The notes below the pieces were generated by a model. That model made no database searches, was not told where the DNA came from, and saw only the letters and a program-made list of their open reading frames with translations. This document shows, piece by piece, positions 62,068 to 64,000 of a DNA stretch of 64,000 bases. The number at the start of each line of letters is the position of its first letter. Within the stretch, counting starts at the first letter, position 1. Source of the DNA: Burkholderiaceae bacterium (GTDB lineage: Bacteria; Pseudomonadota; Gammaproteobacteria; Burkholderiales; Burkholderiaceae_B); the NCBI GenBank assembly GCA_023653055.1, contig JAMNXR010000008.1, positions 4,733 through 68,732 on the forward strand, given 5' to 3'. The position numbers and the translations under genes were made by a program.

Positions 62068-62921
62068 GATTGTTGAGGTGTGCTGAGTGTGACGATTTTG
62101 CGTTCACCCACAAGTGATAAGCGTGAATTTTCAGGTAATTGTGCGAGGTGTTTTGACAAGACGGGCAGTTGCGATATCCATGTCGCCCAGTCATTTTCTA
62201 AGAAACTCTTTGCTAATAAATTGGAATATTGTGCGTCTGTCGCACCGGGGGTTGGTTTCCAGCCCGGTGCGCCTCCATAGAGCCACAGGCTATTGATGGG
62301 TTCAAGACCCTTGGTAGCACGATGATCGTTCACAGGATGAGTATGCCAAAGCATCTGGACTTCGTTGAGGATCTTGCGCCAGGCTTTCATCGATTCGGCT
62401 TGTGGCCACCAATCTGAAACCGATAGGGTAGAGACCGCAGCAGGTGAAATGGAGCGAAGTCGTGCGTCAGGTGCGAGCCATACCCTCCAACGTCCCAGGC
62501 CAATCGGCAAAACAGAAATCCCACTGTGACTCCACAAAGGCTGGGCCGCATCAAACAAGGCATCTGCGTGCGCTTGATCGAGCCCTAGAGATTCTGGAAT
62601 GGCAAGGACTGCGCCGTCTCTCCCAATGGCGACTGAACACAAATCAGCCACCCAAACTGGCTCTTCTGGATGAGTAATGCCAGCGCGGAGAGGACCTAAG
62701 CCCGCCCCAAAACTGTGACCGTTTTCTCCAGAGTATCCCCGCGCAGAAAGCTCAAGAAACTCAAGCGCGGAACAACCCGTTTCTTCGGGTGGGCAAACAG
62801 TGACGACTGCGTCAAGTCGCTCGATGCGTTGCACCAACTCAGGACAGTGCTCCTGCACGTGAGGGAGGAGGTCCGCCGCAACGGTATGGGGGGGAAGGGC
62901 GCCGGGAATGATCAGATGCAT
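62001..62921 (-). CDS. Conserved hypothetical protein (no motif I can assign)
   Basis: A 306-aa ORF fills the recJ-lolC gap exactly, with no competing long ORF on the other strand. It begins MHLIIPGALPP. Function unknown. Confidence 0.6.
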   Translation of the reverse strand: MHLIIPGALPPHTVAADLLPHVQEHCPELVQRIERLDAVVTVCPPEETGCSALEFLELSARGYSGENGHSFGAGLGPLRAGITHPEEPVWVADLCSVAIGRDGAVLAIPESLGLDQAHADALFDAAQPLWSHSGISVLPIGLGRWRVWLAPDARLRSISPAAVSTLSVSDWWPQAESMKAWRKILNEVQMLWHTHPVNDHRATKGLEPINSLWLYGGAPGWKPTPGATDAQYSNLLAKSFLENDWATWISQLPVLSKHLAQLPENSRLSLVGERKIVTLSTPQQSWWQRLVPRRTQNWTTWWIRQN

Positions 62922-62978
62922 AGTGCGAATTGTAGTGGGATGGCTCCCAGTTTGGGGGTTTGATGCGATAATGGCTAG

Positions 62979-64000
62979 GTGTTTAAATTACCTTACGAAC
63001 TTTGGATTGGTGCGCGTTATGCGGGCCTGAGTCGCTCTGGTGCCCGTGGGGGCCGCCGCGACGGCTTTGTTTCGTTCGTTGCTGCAACGTCAATGGCGGG
63101 AATCGCTTTAGGTGTAGCTGCACTGATCGTTGTTTTGTCCGTTATGAATGGTTTTCAGAAAGATGTGCGCGATCGTATGCTTTCTGTTTTGCCCCATATC
63201 GAAATTTTTGTTCCAGGTGGCGATCCAACGCAAATTCTCGAGCAATGGACCGATCTCGCCAAACTGGCTAAACAATCATCCCAAGTGACGGGCGCAGCCC
63301 CCTTTGTCGCTGCGCAGGCAATGTTGATGCGCGGTCAGGATTTACGGGGTGTCCAAGTCCGCGGTATTGATCCTGAGTCAGAAAAAGAAGTCTCTGAGGC
63401 GGGCCGCCAAATGGTGAGAGGCAAACTCACGGACCTCAAACCAGGCGCATTTGGTATTGTGCTGGGTCAAGAGTTGGCTGATTTGCTGCAGGTTAGAGTT
63501 GGTCAAACCGTCATGATGCTTGCCCCCGCCGCAAGCATCAGTCCGGCCGGCTTTACTCCCAGAATGCGTCAATTTACCTTGGTTGGAACATTCCGCTCCG
63601 GACACTACGAGTATGACTCATCGCTGGCGTTTGTGGATGCCTCAGATGCTGCCAAAATGTTTAGGGATAGTGGGTTGGCGGGCGTAAGACTCAGGGTCGA
63701 TGACATGCACCGTGCCCCAGAGATCGCTCGTTCCTTGATCCCTTTGCTGCCAAATAATGTTTCTATCGGTGATTGGTCGCGTAACAACAGAACCTGGTTT
63801 GCAGCCGTACAGACTGAAAAACGTATGATGTTTTTAATTTTGGCTTTGATTGTGGCCGTTGCGGCATTCAACCTATTGTCGTCGTTGGTGATGGCAGTCA
63901 AAGACAAGCAATCTGACATTGCCATTCTCCGCAGTTTTGGTGCCACACCAGGAGAGATCGCACGCATTTTCCTGGTTCAGGGTGCTTTGATTGGTGTGGT
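62979..64000 (+). CDS. lolC: Lipoprotein-releasing ABC transporter permease LolC/LolE family, 3' end cut by the window edge
   Basis: My translation from the GTG at 62979 reads VFKLPYELWIGARYAG...FVAATSMAGIALGVAALIVVLSVMNGFQKDVRDRML...TEKRMMFLILALIVAVAAFNLLSSLVMAVKDKQSDIAILRSFGA (MacB-like periplasmic domain plus FtsX domain). An in-frame TAG lies immediately upstream. It is not in the ORF track because it is truncated. Confidence 0.85.
   Translation, partial: MFKLPYELWIGARYAGLSRSGARGGRRDGFVSFVAATSMAGIALGVAALIVVLSVMNGFQKDVRDRMLSVLPHIEIFVPGGDPTQILEQWTDLAKLAKQSSQVTGAAPFVAAQAMLMRGQDLRGVQVRGIDPESEKEVSEAGRQMVRGKLTDLKPGAFGIVLGQELADLLQVRVGQTVMMLAPAASISPAGFTPRMRQFTLVGTFRSGHYEYDSSLAFVDASDAAKMFRDSGLAGVRLRVDDMHRAPEIARSLIPLLPNNVSIGDWSRNNRTWFAAVQTEKRMMFLILALIVAVAAFNLLSSLVMAVKDKQSDIAILRSFGATPGEIARIFLVQGALIGV

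Noticed and set aside
63002-63271. 89-aa plus-strand ORF from the track
   Set aside because: It is out of frame with the LolC/E reading frame that starts at the GTG at 62979 and stays open to the window end with clear family similarity.

Overview
This window reads as a densely packed core-chromosome segment of a betaproteobacterium. The likely order is Burkholderiales, inferred only from protein sequences and gene order such as argD-DUF3579, exbBD-lpxK-ycaR-kdsB-adk, dapC-dapD-prmB and ribF-ileS-lspA. I call about 61 protein genes and one tRNA-Leu(UAG). The genes are almost all housekeeping: envelope and LPS (murJ, kdsB, lpxK, lspA, lolC/E, pqiABC), translation (rpsT, ileS, lysS, prfB, prmB, an rsmB-like gene, an ABC-F ATPase), proteostasis (clpS-clpA, tig-clpP-clpX-lon, hslR), DNA repair and SOS (xseA, uvrD, lexA, uvrB, recJ), cofactor and nucleotide metabolism (adk, dut, coaBC, ribF, purN), lysine biosynthesis (dapC, dapD), and a full isc Fe-S cluster operon (iscRSUA-hscBA-fdx). 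I found no transposase, integrase, phage gene, CRISPR array, toxin-antitoxin pair or recognisable defence island, and nothing is integrated next to the tRNA. I therefore do not claim a novel system. The items worth a second look are local. They include the programmed +1 frameshift in prfB, which the ORF track misses, and an SDR gene wedged between prfB and lysS. There are two LexA boxes at lexA, tandem IscR type-1 sites, and an RpoH-type promoter at lon. An inverted pair of DnaA-box-like motifs sits in an AT-rich exbB/xseA intergenic region. There are also unusual translational couplings (clpA-pqiA, desaturase-uvrD, exbD-lpxK), a Sun-family methyltransferase with basic low-complexity tails, a long-linker LexA, and a conserved hypothetical gene overlapping recJ. 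Several ORF-track starts are over-extended and are corrected below. All calls come from reading the sequence; no database search was run.
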